Source: an uncultured Phycisphaerales bacterium
GTDB taxonomy: Bacteria > Planctomycetota > Phycisphaerae > Tepidisphaerales > Tepidisphaeraceae
Length of the DNA: 64,000 nucleotides
NCBI GenBank assembly: GCA_963755915.1
Contig: CAVWLP010000002.1
Span: 1,984,001 to 2,048,000 of the forward strand
Direction: 5' to 3'
The position numbers were made by a program, and so were the translations under genes. Of this stretch, positions 1 to 8,896 are shown one piece after another (positions within the stretch are counted from its first letter, which is position 1; the number at the start of each line of letters is the position of its first letter). The notes beneath the pieces were generated by a model. The model was not told where the DNA came from. It did not search any database and was given only the letters and a program-made list of their open reading frames with translations.

Positions 1-214
1 CCGTCGTCAGCGGATACGTGACCTGGTCTTCCACGACGTTCGGCGCCTGGCCGGGATAGTCGGTGGTGACGATCACCTGCACGTCCGACAGATCGGGAAT
101 CGCGTCGAGGCTGATATGGATCGCGGACCAGATACCGGCGCCGACCAGCATGGCCGTCAGCAGCAGCACCATGAAGCAATTGCGAATTGAGATTTCGATG
201 ATTCGGGTAATCAT
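1..214 (-). CDS. cusA: CusA/CzcA-family heavy-metal RND efflux permease, N-terminal part only (runs off the window)
   Basis: Minus-strand translation from the ATG at 214 reads MITRIIEISIRNCFMVLLLTAMLVGAGIWSAIHISLDAIPDLSDVQVIVTTDYPGQAPNVVEDQVTYPLTT, the typical CusA N-terminus. Its start overlaps the stop of the upstream adaptor gene (ATGA). Confidence 0.93.
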   Translation of the reverse strand, partial: MITRIIEISIRNCFMVLLLTAMLVGAGIWSAIHISLDAIPDLSDVQVIVTTDYPGQAPNVVEDQVTYPLTT

Positions 215-1674
215 GGCTGCGCGCCGCCTTGAGGAATGGGATGCATCAGTTCCGTGCCGGGGGTTGGCATTGTGGTGGCGGTGTTGGAGCCGCGGAGCTT
301 TTCAATCGCTTCGGTCGTGCGGCTTTCAACGTCCATCAGGAACTGGCCGCTGGTGACCACCTGATCGCCTGGGGCGAGCCCCTCGACAATCTGCACTTTG
401 TCATCGTCTCCCAAGATCCCCATCCGCACATTGCGAGGCTGGAAATGTCCGGCGGATGCCGGGTCCATGACGAAAGCAATTTGCTGCGTACCCGTGTCGA
501 TGATCGCTTCGCGAGGCGACACCACCGCATCGCGAATCGGTCGCGTCACGATCTCGGCGGTTGCGTACATGCCGGGCTTTAGCTCATGGCCCGGATTGTC
601 CAGCACCGTGCGGATGATTTCCGTTCGCGCCATATGGTCGAGGTGCGGATAGATGAAGCTGACTTTGCCCGTGAATGTTTTTCCTGGCACGCCGTCCACC
701 GTGGCGCGGACTTCCTGTCCGACCTGGATCATCGAGAGCTGGTCTTCATACACTTGTGCGTTGAGCCACAGCTTTGAGTGGTCCTCAATGCGCATCACCT
801 TCATCCCCGCCTGCACGGCTGATCCTTCGACGACCATCTTGTCCACAATGTGGCCGCCGGCAGGGCTGCGAAATGGAACGGTCTGGGGCGGCTGATCCGC
901 GGCGGCAATGGCTTCAATATCCCTATCCGCAATATCCCAGAAACGAAGCTTCTGCTTCGCGGAATCCACCAGATTTCGCGCGTCATTCCGAACGGCATCA
1001 CCGGCATCGCTGCCCAAAGCCTTCAGGTTTTGCTCGGCCGCGATCAACTCCTGCTCGGCCAGTTGCAAATCGGGGCTATAAAGATCAAAAAGCACCTCGC
1101 CTTTGGCAACGCTCATTCCCTCCGTGTCCGCATAGAGCTTCTGGATAAAGCCGTTGATCTTAAGCGTGACATCGTGCATGCCCGGTTCGGGCACTTCCAA
1201 CATCCCCACCGCTCGCACCGTCACCGACAGCGGCCCGCGCACAACCGGCGCGGTCGTCACGCCCATGTTCTGCACCACGGCCGGATCGATCCGCACCGAC
1301 GGCCCGGCCGAAACATCGCCTTTGTAGACCGGAACCAGGTCCATCCCCATCGCGCTTTTGCCGGGATGATCGGAGATGCTCGACGGCCCAAGCATCGGGT
1401 CCCACCAGTAGGCGATTTTCTTTATGTCATTAGATGAAGTCTGATCGTCCAGGTTCAGCGGAACCAGTTTCATGTGACAGATTGGACAAAAGCCGGGGTG
1501 GTCCTGGATGACCTGTGGGTGCATGCCGCAGGTCCAGAGCTGTTTGGGTTGATCGCTGGAAGCGGCGGTAGCTGTTTCGACCGTTGGTGGCGACGATGAA
1601 TATTCGAGCTTTGCAACGACGAGTGCAGAGGCGATCAGCACGCCAATGCACGTAACGATGACGAGGATTTTCAT
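211..1674 (-). CDS. cusB: CusB-like RND periplasmic adaptor (membrane fusion protein) with two N-terminal heavy-metal-binding motifs
   Basis: N-terminal TM helix, motifs WTCGMHPQ...CPICHMKLVP and YWWDPM...PGKSAMGMDLVPVY, MFP core (LKPGMYA; GLAPGDQVVTSGQFLMD). Start taken at ATG 1674; the ORF is open to 1728. Confidence 0.9.
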   Translation of the reverse strand: MKILVIVTCIGVLIASALVVAKLEYSSSPPTVETATAASSDQPKQLWTCGMHPQVIQDHPGFCPICHMKLVPLNLDDQTSSNDIKKIAYWWDPMLGPSSISDHPGKSAMGMDLVPVYKGDVSAGPSVRIDPAVVQNMGVTTAPVVRGPLSVTVRAVGMLEVPEPGMHDVTLKINGFIQKLYADTEGMSVAKGEVLFDLYSPDLQLAEQELIAAEQNLKALGSDAGDAVRNDARNLVDSAKQKLRFWDIADRDIEAIAAADQPPQTVPFRSPAGGHIVDKMVVEGSAVQAGMKVMRIEDHSKLWLNAQVYEDQLSMIQVGQEVRATVDGVPGKTFTGKVSFIYPHLDHMARTEIIRTVLDNPGHELKPGMYATAEIVTRPIRDAVVSPREAIIDTGTQQIAFVMDPASAGHFQPRNVRMGILGDDDKVQIVEGLAPGDQVVTSGQFLMDVESRTTEAIEKLRGSNTATTMPTPGTELMHPIPQGGAQP

Positions 1675-1776
1675 AGAGACTCGCGCAACGAAGAGCCGAT
1701 CGAAAAATGAACGTGCAGCACCAATCACCGGGCGAGGTGAAACTCGCGGTGAATGGAAGTCAGGTTCCGGAGTGGA

Positions 1777-2196
1777 TCAAACGGTGAGCGCGCAGCCCAG
1801 GCTGAGAAGAGTGCGCGGAGGCGGGCCCTCTGTCTGCTTTGACGCACGAACCGAGGTCCTCGGCGCCGCAGCAAGGGTCAAAAAGCAGGGCAGATGCGAA
1901 ATGAACAGATGAAGCGGTGCGATTTGCGCCGAGGCGGTCGTTGTTACGACCACACCGGATCCGACCATCGGGCAATTCTGCGGCATCATCGGGCGTGGTT
2001 GCTGAGATTTATTCGAACCACACGGCATTTTGCCGGCGTTAATTCCGCAGCAACAGCAGCATTTGCAATGGGCCGCCGCGCACTCCGGGATGGATGCGCA
2101 TTCAATCGGCGAGCAGGCCGTTACTGGCGACCCGCCTGCCAGAAATATCCCGGCAATCAGACACGAAATAATCTGTTGGAATCTCAAGGCTACCAT
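1777..2196 (-). CDS. Small Cys-rich exported/leader protein upstream of the cus operon
   Basis: Hydrophobic N-terminus, CKCCCCC cluster, C-terminal GPPPRTLLSLGCALTV. The ATG at 2196 sits 4 nt after a -10 box. Confidence 0.6.
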   Translation of the reverse strand: MVALRFQQIISCLIAGIFLAGGSPVTACSPIECASIPECAAAHCKCCCCCGINAGKMPCGSNKSQQPRPMMPQNCPMVGSGVVVTTTASAQIAPLHLFISHLPCFLTLAAAPRTSVRASKQTEGPPPRTLLSLGCALTV

Positions 2197-2200
2197 GATC

Positions 2201-2229
2201 AAACTACGCCCCAAACGCCATATCGTCAA
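2201..2229 (-). promoter_or_regulatory. Sigma70-type promoter (TTGACG-17 nt-TAGTTT) for the Cys-rich gene/cus operon, probably leaderless
   Basis: Minus strand reads TTGACG atatggcgtttggggcg TAGTTT gatc ATG. An inverted repeat GCAAT-ata-ATTGC lies at 2245-2257. Confidence 0.55.
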
Positions 2230-2259
2230 GAAATCAAAGGCAATGCAATATAATTGCTT

Positions 2260-2386
2260 CCCCAACGAACGCCACATCACCCTCGCCTGGGGCCGCGATT
2301 ACGGCGACGTAAGCCCGGTCCGCGGCGTCGTGCTGGGCGGCGCGGGGCATCATATCGTGGTGTCGGTGGATATGGCGGCGGTTTAA
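2260..2386 (+). pseudogene. 3' remnant of a transglutaminase-family gene
   Basis: Translates PNERHITLAWGRDYGDVSPVRGVVLGGAGHHIVVSVDMAAV*, the characteristic C-terminus of bacterial transglutaminase-like proteins. No matching 5' part is present. Confidence 0.75.
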
Positions 2387-2410
2387 AAAGGATCGATCGC
2401 GCCCTCTTAT

Positions 2411-2554
2411 CCCCTCCCCTGGTATTCCGGGGGATTGGGGGCTGAGCGAAGCGAAGTCCCGACCTGTCGGGAGCAAGGGTGGGGGCGTCTGCCGCTCTAC
2501 TTTCCACTCTCTCGCACAGCGCGGGGTGGGGGCTCTCCTGCTCTACTTTCTACT
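2411..2554. repeat. REP-like palindromic element plus an imperfect direct repeat
   Basis: cccctcccctggtattccggggga...gggtggggg resembles the element at 42320-42361. Internal palindrome tcccgac-ct-gtcggga. The unit gggtgggggc...gctctactttc.act is repeated at 2477-2508 and 2524-2554. Confidence 0.5.
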
Positions 2555-2700
2555 GTTTACATACTCGGAGGAAACAAAGGGGTCAGGACCCTTAAACCAT
2601 AAAATTATTCACATGTAGCCCATCGGGAAACTTTAAGGTGTCAGGAGCCCCCCATAATCAATTGAAACTGGCCGTTTCTGGCACCAGCGAAAACCAACGC

Positions 2701-3507
2701 TCAATCCCCTCCCAACATCCGCACAATCATTCCCCGCCGTCCCCGCGTCCTCTCCATCTCGACCCGTCCCGCAAGCTCAAGAAGTCGCAACGCTCCGTTC
2801 GTCGCCAGCCGGCTCGCACCAATCCGACGTGAAATCTCCATCGCCCCGTCGACCTCGCCCCCTTCAGGCCATTCCGCCACAACCGACGTTGCAATATCCC
2901 CAAGTGTTGACCGACCAGCCAGCGCGGGGTTGTGCCGGGCGACCCAGAAGACAGGGCGAATCGCATCGTCCTTTATCCGCATCGTCTCGTCGGACAACCA
3001 CTGCCCCCACTTTTTTGAAAGCGCGCTTGCACTCTGCTCCGCCTGACGCCGCAGCACCGCCATGCCGTTCTCGGCATCAGAAAGGGGCCGGTCAACTTGC
3101 GATATCGACCCGCGGCACACGTCGATCGCGTATTTGAGGTTAATTCCCCCGGCCCACTCCAGCATCAGCCCAAGCACGGGCCGAGTTTCGACCTCCAGCT
3201 CATCATGCACCAGCCGCGCCAACCGGTGCCCGGCCACGTACGAACTGAACCGATGCAGCCAGCTCGCCGCCAGCAGGAACAGGCGCACGTTCCCAGGCGC
3301 GAGTCGAGCGGTATCCAACAACAACCGCTCAACGTCGGGCGTCTGCCTGGCCGCTGCGACGTTAAACATCACGCCCAGCCGCGCCCAAGCGGCGGCGACC
3401 TGCGCCTCCGTCGCGCTCCTCGTCTTCTTGGTGCTTGTCGTCATCGCAGTCATCGTCCACCTTACAATCTTCATCGTTAGCGCAATCGCCTGCGCTACTG
3501 CTCCCAT
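2701..3507 (-). CDS. Hypothetical protein with a probable C-terminal HTH; partner of the upstream nucleotidyltransferase
   Basis: 268-aa ORF overlapping the upstream stop. C-terminal GAMEISRRIGASRLATNGALRLLELAGRV resembles a winged helix. The true start may be slightly downstream. Confidence 0.65.
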   Translation of the reverse strand: MGAVAQAIALTMKIVRWTMTAMTTSTKKTRSATEAQVAAAWARLGVMFNVAAARQTPDVERLLLDTARLAPGNVRLFLLAASWLHRFSSYVAGHRLARLVHDELEVETRPVLGLMLEWAGGINLKYAIDVCRGSISQVDRPLSDAENGMAVLRRQAEQSASALSKKWGQWLSDETMRIKDDAIRPVFWVARHNPALAGRSTLGDIATSVVAEWPEGGEVDGAMEISRRIGASRLATNGALRLLELAGRVEMERTRGRRGMIVRMLGGD

Positions 3508-4019
3508 TCGTCGATTCGTTCCAGCGTTCGCAAGACTCGTCCGTCGTCGCCTATTGCCGCGATGTGTTCGCGCACGACTTTGCGTTCCTCAGGCGTCGGA
3601 GAAATATCAAGCAGATCCTCAATATCCTGAGGGCGGCCTGCATAGAACTTCATCGAGATCAGGTCGAGCCGACTGGCGGCATATACCGTCAATCTCCCGA
3701 AATGGCCCACCTCAACGCGTCGGTCCTTCCATGTCGGCAGCAACGTCTCCCGATAAAGGCCCGCATCGCCATTCAGCCAGTCGTTGGGAAGACCCATTTC
3801 CCGACCGACAAGGGAAGCCGCCTCATACAGTGCTTCGTCCTCCCGGCTGGGAACAATGTTGAGCACATCAACATCCGCCGTCGTCCGCTCAGGACGGAGG
3901 AGGTCGCTAAGCACCGCCGCTGCTCCTCCGACCACAAGCACCTCCATTTCCGGACCGTCGCCCAGCCGCCGGCCGGTAGCCTCTAGCGCCGCTCGGATTT
4001 GCTTGCCGCCCAGTCCCAT
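3495..4019 (-). CDS. DUF6036-like / AbiEii-like nucleotidyltransferase
   Basis: VLVVGGAA...RTTADVDV (GG plus DxD NTase motif), WLN, and LISMKFYAGRPQDIEDL (K...R..D..D) signatures. Confidence 0.8.
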   Translation of the reverse strand: MGLGGKQIRAALEATGRRLGDGPEMEVLVVGGAAAVLSDLLRPERTTADVDVLNIVPSREDEALYEAASLVGREMGLPNDWLNGDAGLYRETLLPTWKDRRVEVGHFGRLTVYAASRLDLISMKFYAGRPQDIEDLLDISPTPEERKVVREHIAAIGDDGRVLRTLERIDEWEQ

Positions 4020-4279
4020 TAGAAAAAGCTCCACATTTGTGTACTATATTACTATACGTATCGTCTATTAACAACGTCTCACTAAACATGCGATGCCGTG
4101 AAGCAAACCTCAAATCCCAAAGCCTCCCTCAAAGCAAATTCGCGACAAACGGGGCGCTTTTTCCCGCGCGAACCGCTTCTCGCCGGACAAATCACCCCCA
4201 ACCCCTTCACCCACCAGCACATACACCACGCCAATAAGCTAGCACTCACTAATCAAATTCAAAAAAGCGCTCCGTTTTG

Positions 4280-5771
4280 TTAATCCCGTTCGGCACGCAG
4301 GCTTCATCGGAGCATTCCAAAGCTGTGGAGGACGCGAAACAATTGAAGCTTAGATACTTTTACTTTCCCCTGCTGCACGCCGGCGTCCGCAAGAGCGCAG
4401 CATCAACCGCGAGGTCTCCGCGGCGACGGATTCCCCTTCAGTTTACTCCCAGTTTTTTCAAGGCCTCCGCTCTTGCCCTCAGCTTAATCCCGGTGTTATC
4501 CGGCTTGTTCAGGAATCGAAGCACGTCCTGTTCCTCGGCCAGCCCCAGCAGATACCAGCCGATCATGTTCCGCATCGCCTTGTTCGGCTTCCTGCCGCTG
4601 ATCAGCTGAATCAGCACGCAGACGATCAGCGCGCAGTGGATTTGGATGTCGATCCCCTCCTGGCGTTGGCTCAGCAGGTGACGCATGCCCAGCAGTTGCT
4701 TGAAGATCCGGAAGAACAACTCAACGGTGTAGCGGTACAGATAAATCAGGGCGATCAATTCCGCCGGCAGGTCCAGCAGGTTCGTGTACAGGATGATCAG
4801 GTCCGTCGGCTTGTTGCCGCTGCGCGTGCGGCGCGGATGGGGTTTCACCTGCACTTCCACCCGTCGCACCACCCTATCCGCCGCCGTCTCCAGGCCGTCG
4901 AGTTTCACCAGCGCGTCTCGCACCACGCCGCCGTCCAATGCTTCCTGTGAAAGCAATCGTTCTTCAAACAGCTCAAACACCGAGTTTTCCGCGGCCCGCA
5001 TCACAAAGGAGCTTTGCGCCGCGGCGATGTCCGCAAAGAGGCTCCGGTCGGCGTAGCCGCCGTCTCCTACATAGCACCGTCCTGCTTCCAGGCTGCGCCG
5101 CAGGACGTTGTTTTCACGGTTGGCCCCCGCGTTGCGAGCGCCAGTGCGGTCGAGGCGATGGACTTTGAACGTCTCCAGATCGAATTGAACGTGCAAACGC
5201 CAGCCATAGACCGCTTTCCCGTCCCGGGAGGTGTTGTAGTGCGCATCGATGCCGCAAGCGGATTTGGCCAGCCGACTCAGCGCCGTCAGCACCGTCCCGT
5301 CGACCAGCGTGATCGCCTGCCCAAAGTCCGCAAGACGCGGATCGGGCGCCTGGGGCAGTTCCCCCGCCAATTCCTCAATCAGCGGCGTCAAACGCCCCGG
5401 CTCGAACACCCGAACCGATTCAGAGAAACTGCCCACGGAAAAACGCTTAATTCCCAGCGCCTTGGCCACCTTGGGCAGTTCAGCAACCTCCTGAAGATCC
5501 CGCAGGGATTGGATCAGCGGATTCCAGGTGTAAAGCAAAACCAGCTTGCAATAATCGTCGAAGTGAAGCTGGCGGTTCCCGGCTCGATCCCGCTCACAGC
5601 CCACATCCCGCAGCGTGGGCAGCAGCGCGAAGACGCGCCGCAGATGTCCGAGGCACAGGATCTCTTTTTCCTTCAGTCTTGCCTGCACGTCCGGCAGCAT
5701 GCCATAAAAAGATCAAAGGCGCAATCTCAATATCTTGCTGCTTGCGCGAACCCCGTGCCGAACGGGATTAA
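4280..5771 (-). mobile_element. IS4-family insertion sequence, complete
   Basis: Perfect 18-bp terminal inverted repeats ttaatcccgttcggcacg (4280-4297) and cgtgccgaacgggattaa (5754-5771). Flanking direct repeat cgttttg (4273-4279 and 5772-5778). Internal DDE transposase. Confidence 0.92.
4438..5700 (-). CDS. IS4-family transposase
   Basis: Motifs LVDGT, YVGDGGY and YLYRYTVELFFRIFKQ (Y-x2-R-x3-E-x6-K signature). Confidence 0.93.
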   Translation of the reverse strand: MLPDVQARLKEKEILCLGHLRRVFALLPTLRDVGCERDRAGNRQLHFDDYCKLVLLYTWNPLIQSLRDLQEVAELPKVAKALGIKRFSVGSFSESVRVFEPGRLTPLIEELAGELPQAPDPRLADFGQAITLVDGTVLTALSRLAKSACGIDAHYNTSRDGKAVYGWRLHVQFDLETFKVHRLDRTGARNAGANRENNVLRRSLEAGRCYVGDGGYADRSLFADIAAAQSSFVMRAAENSVFELFEERLLSQEALDGGVVRDALVKLDGLETAADRVVRRVEVQVKPHPRRTRSGNKPTDLIILYTNLLDLPAELIALIYLYRYTVELFFRIFKQLLGMRHLLSQRQEGIDIQIHCALIVCVLIQLISGRKPNKAMRNMIGWYLLGLAEEQDVLRFLNKPDNTGIKLRARAEALKKLGVN

Positions 5772-5798
5772 CGTTTTGTTACGTTCTGTTCAGTCCGC

Positions 5799-7310
5799 TC
5801 AAACCCCATAAATCTCCCCCGCCCTGTGTCTCAAATGCTCCAGCAGCGGCCCAGCCGACAAACTTTCCCCCGTCACTCTGCGGACCAGCTCCCCCGCCGA
5901 ATACCTCCGCCCATGCACATGAATATTCTTCCTCAGCCACCCCAGCAGCGGCTCGAACTCGCCGCTGGCGAATTGGCCATCCACATCCCCCAAATCCTTT
6001 CGTGCCTGCGCGAAGAATTGGGCAGCATAAAGATTCCCGAGCGTGTACGTCGGAAAATACCCAATCCCCCCGCAAGACCAGTGAACATCCTGCAGCACGC
6101 CCCGGGCGTCATCCGGCGGCGCCATGCCCAGATACTCCTTCATCTTCCCGTTCCAAGCCTCCGGCAGATCGCTCACGCCGACCTCGCCGGTCATCATCGC
6201 CTGCTCCAGCTCGAATCGCAGAAGGATGTGCAGGTTGTACGTCGTCTCGTCCGACTCGGTCCGGATGAAGCTCGGCCGGACGTCGTTGATCGCCTCGTAC
6301 CAGTCCTCCTCGCCGACCCCCGCCGTCGCGGTCGCGAACGCCGACTGAACCTTCGGCCAGAAAAATCGCCAGAACGCTCGGCTGCGGCCGACGAAATTTT
6401 CCCACAGCCGCGACTGGCTCTCATGGATTCCCAGCGAAACCGCCCGCCCGCACGGCAAGCCGAAATGCTCGGCCGGCAGGCCCTGCTCGTAGAGCCCGTG
6501 CCCGGTCTCATGCATCACGCCAAAGAAAGCGTCGCCGAAATATTTGGGATCGTACCGCGTCGTCAGCCGGACATCCCCCGGTCCGATGTCGGTGCAAAAC
6601 GGATGCACGGTGACATCAAGCCGCCCGGCCTGGAAATCAAAACCGACAAACGCCGCCGCCTCGCGGGCAAGCTTCTCCTGCGCGGCCGCCGGATAATCCC
6701 GCTCCAGAATTTCGGCTGCGGTGCGCCGCCCGCTTTCGGCGATCTTCCGGATCAGCTCGACCAGCGGCCCCCGCAGCTCCTCGAACACCCGGCGAAGCTC
6801 CGCGGTCGTGCAGCCCGGCTCGTAATCCTCCAGCAGCGCGTCGTAAATATGCTCGCGATACCCGAGACAGTTGGCCTCCTGCTTTTTCAGAACGAGGGTT
6901 TTTTCAAGCCAGGGAGCGAACGCCGCGAAATCGGATTTCCGCCTCGCCTCCGCCCAGGCGTGCTGGGCGAGAACTTCTAGCTTGGCCTGCTCCTCGACCA
7001 GTGAAGCCGGCAGCTTTCGTTTGCGATCGTACCCGCGCCGCGTTTCCCGGACATTGGTGGCGACATCGCTATCGGCCTGGCCCATGAGATCGGAATTCTC
7101 GACAGCGCCGAGCCAATCGCCGATCTTCGGCGCCGTCGCTCGCTCATGGATCATTCGCGCCAGCAGCGCCGACTGATTGCCGCGATGTTCCGCCCCCTTG
7201 GTTGGAAGCTGCGTCCGCTCGTCCCACCCGAGCAGCGCGGAGACCGATCCGAGCAACCCGATTTCCCGCAGCTCGACGATCAAGGCATCGTAAGATTGTT
7301 TGGCGTTCAT
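5799..7310 (-). CDS. Thermostable carboxypeptidase, peptidase family M32
   Basis: HPF, DVRLTTRY, HETGH (HExxH), HESQSRLWEN, IRTESDE, LQDVHW and GYFPTYTLG motifs. Confidence 0.95.
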   Translation of the reverse strand: MNAKQSYDALIVELREIGLLGSVSALLGWDERTQLPTKGAEHRGNQSALLARMIHERATAPKIGDWLGAVENSDLMGQADSDVATNVRETRRGYDRKRKLPASLVEEQAKLEVLAQHAWAEARRKSDFAAFAPWLEKTLVLKKQEANCLGYREHIYDALLEDYEPGCTTAELRRVFEELRGPLVELIRKIAESGRRTAAEILERDYPAAAQEKLAREAAAFVGFDFQAGRLDVTVHPFCTDIGPGDVRLTTRYDPKYFGDAFFGVMHETGHGLYEQGLPAEHFGLPCGRAVSLGIHESQSRLWENFVGRSRAFWRFFWPKVQSAFATATAGVGEEDWYEAINDVRPSFIRTESDETTYNLHILLRFELEQAMMTGEVGVSDLPEAWNGKMKEYLGMAPPDDARGVLQDVHWSCGGIGYFPTYTLGNLYAAQFFAQARKDLGDVDGQFASGEFEPLLGWLRKNIHVHGRRYSAGELVRRVTGESLSAGPLLEHLRHRAGEIYGV

Positions 7311-7516
7311 ATCACCGGATAGGATACGTTGCCGCGACTCGCGATGTTAGCGTTCGATTGAGGATCTGACGCAAAAAATGCTCGATTCGGGCCGGAAATT
7401 CGTTTTTCTTTTCGTCGATGCGCAAAACCCCGAAACGAATCGGCTCTACCCAGAAATCGCGCTGGCCAATTGGCGTCGCTTTTGATAGGCATTAGCACTT
7501 CCAGCCGCTTGAAAAA

Positions 7517-8887
7517 ATGGGAAGCTACAGCGCCAAAGTCGGGTCAACGCATTATTCATTCCGTGATTTGAAGGAGCTGATGGGCAAGGCCTCGCCGCTG
7601 CGGTCGGGGGATTGCCTGGCGAATGTGGCGGCGGGGAGTGAAAAAGAGCGCGTTGCCGCGCAGACGATGCTGGCGGATGTGCCACTGGCGCGGTTTCTTG
7701 AAGAGCCGCTGATTGATTATGACGCGGATGAAGTGACCCGCCTGATTCTGGATGGGCACGATCGGGCGGCGTTTGCGCCGGTTGCCGATCTGACCGTCGG
7801 GCAGTTCCGCGAATATCTTTTGAATTACGAAACAACCGGCGAAATGTTGGCGGCCCTGGCGGGGGGGCTGACGCCGGAGATGGTGGCGGCGGTTTCGAAA
7901 ATCTGCCGGAACCAGGACCTGATCCTCATCGCGGCAAAGTGCAAAGTGGTCACGAAGTTTCGCGATACGCTGGGCCTGCCGCGGAGGCTTTCGGTTCGTC
8001 TTCAGCCGAACCATCCGACCGATGATCTGAAGGGGATCGCGGCCGGCATTATCGACGGGCTGCTCTACGGCTGTGGGGACGCTGTGATTGGGATCAACCC
8101 GGCCACAGACAATGTCTCCACCACATGCGAACTATTGAAGATGACCGGGGATCTAATTGAGCGATATGAAATCCCGACCCAATCCTGCGTGCTGGCGCAT
8201 GTGACAACTTCACTGCGGGCCATCGAGCGCAGCGCGCCTCTGGATTTGGTTTTCCAGTCGATCGCGGGAACGGAGGCCGCGAACAAAAGCTTTGGGATCG
8301 ACCTGGCGATTCTCAAACAGGCGCACGAAGCGGCGCTCTCCCTGAAGCGCGGCACCGTGGGAAGCGACTGCATGTATTTCGAAACCGGGCAGGGGAGCTG
8401 TCTCTCCGCCGGTGCTCATCATGGCGTTGATCAGCAGACGCTGGAAGTGCGCGCCTACGCCGTGGCGAGGCAGTTTCAGCCCCTGCTGGTCAATACCGTT
8501 GTCGGTTTCATCGGTCCCGAATATCTCTACGACGGCAAGCAAATCGTGCGCGCGGGGCTGGAAGATCATTGCTGTGGGAAGCTGATGGGATTGCCGATGG
8601 GAGTTGATGTCTGCTACACCAACCACGCCGAGGCGGATCAGAATGATATGGACAACCTGTTGACGCTGCTGGGCGCGGCCGGCGTGAACTTTATCATGGG
8701 CGTACCTGGCGCCGATGACATCATGCTCAACTACCAGTCGACAAGCTTTCATGACGCCGGCTATTTGCGGGAGGTTTTGGGCCTGCGCCCGGCGCCGGAA
8801 TTTGAATCGTGGCTGCGGCGGATGAAGGTGATGGATTCATCGGCACGATTGCTGCCGATCGCGCGAAAACCGGCTGCTGGGAAATGA
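7517..8887 (+). CDS. eutB: Ethanolamine ammonia-lyase large subunit
   Basis: RLQPNHPTDD, GDAVIGINP, YFETGQGS, NTVVGFIGPEYL and DIMLNYQSTSFHD motifs. Confidence 0.97.
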   Translation: MGSYSAKVGSTHYSFRDLKELMGKASPLRSGDCLANVAAGSEKERVAAQTMLADVPLARFLEEPLIDYDADEVTRLILDGHDRAAFAPVADLTVGQFREYLLNYETTGEMLAALAGGLTPEMVAAVSKICRNQDLILIAAKCKVVTKFRDTLGLPRRLSVRLQPNHPTDDLKGIAAGIIDGLLYGCGDAVIGINPATDNVSTTCELLKMTGDLIERYEIPTQSCVLAHVTTSLRAIERSAPLDLVFQSIAGTEAANKSFGIDLAILKQAHEAALSLKRGTVGSDCMYFETGQGSCLSAGAHHGVDQQTLEVRAYAVARQFQPLLVNTVVGFIGPEYLYDGKQIVRAGLEDHCCGKLMGLPMGVDVCYTNHAEADQNDMDNLLTLLGAAGVNFIMGVPGADDIMLNYQSTSFHDAGYLREVLGLRPAPEFESWLRRMKVMDSSARLLPIARKPAAGK

Positions 8888-8896
8888 GGGAGGGTT

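Noticed and set aside
2576-2653. caggacccttaaa shared with 46554-46566 as a TA-associated site
   Set aside because: Only a 13-nt match, on different sides of the two modules; insufficient evidence without a genome-wide count.
7311-7516. Cobalamin riboswitch or ANTAR hairpins upstream of eutB
   Set aside because: No B12-box or paired ANTAR stem-loops are recognisable in this short intergenic region.
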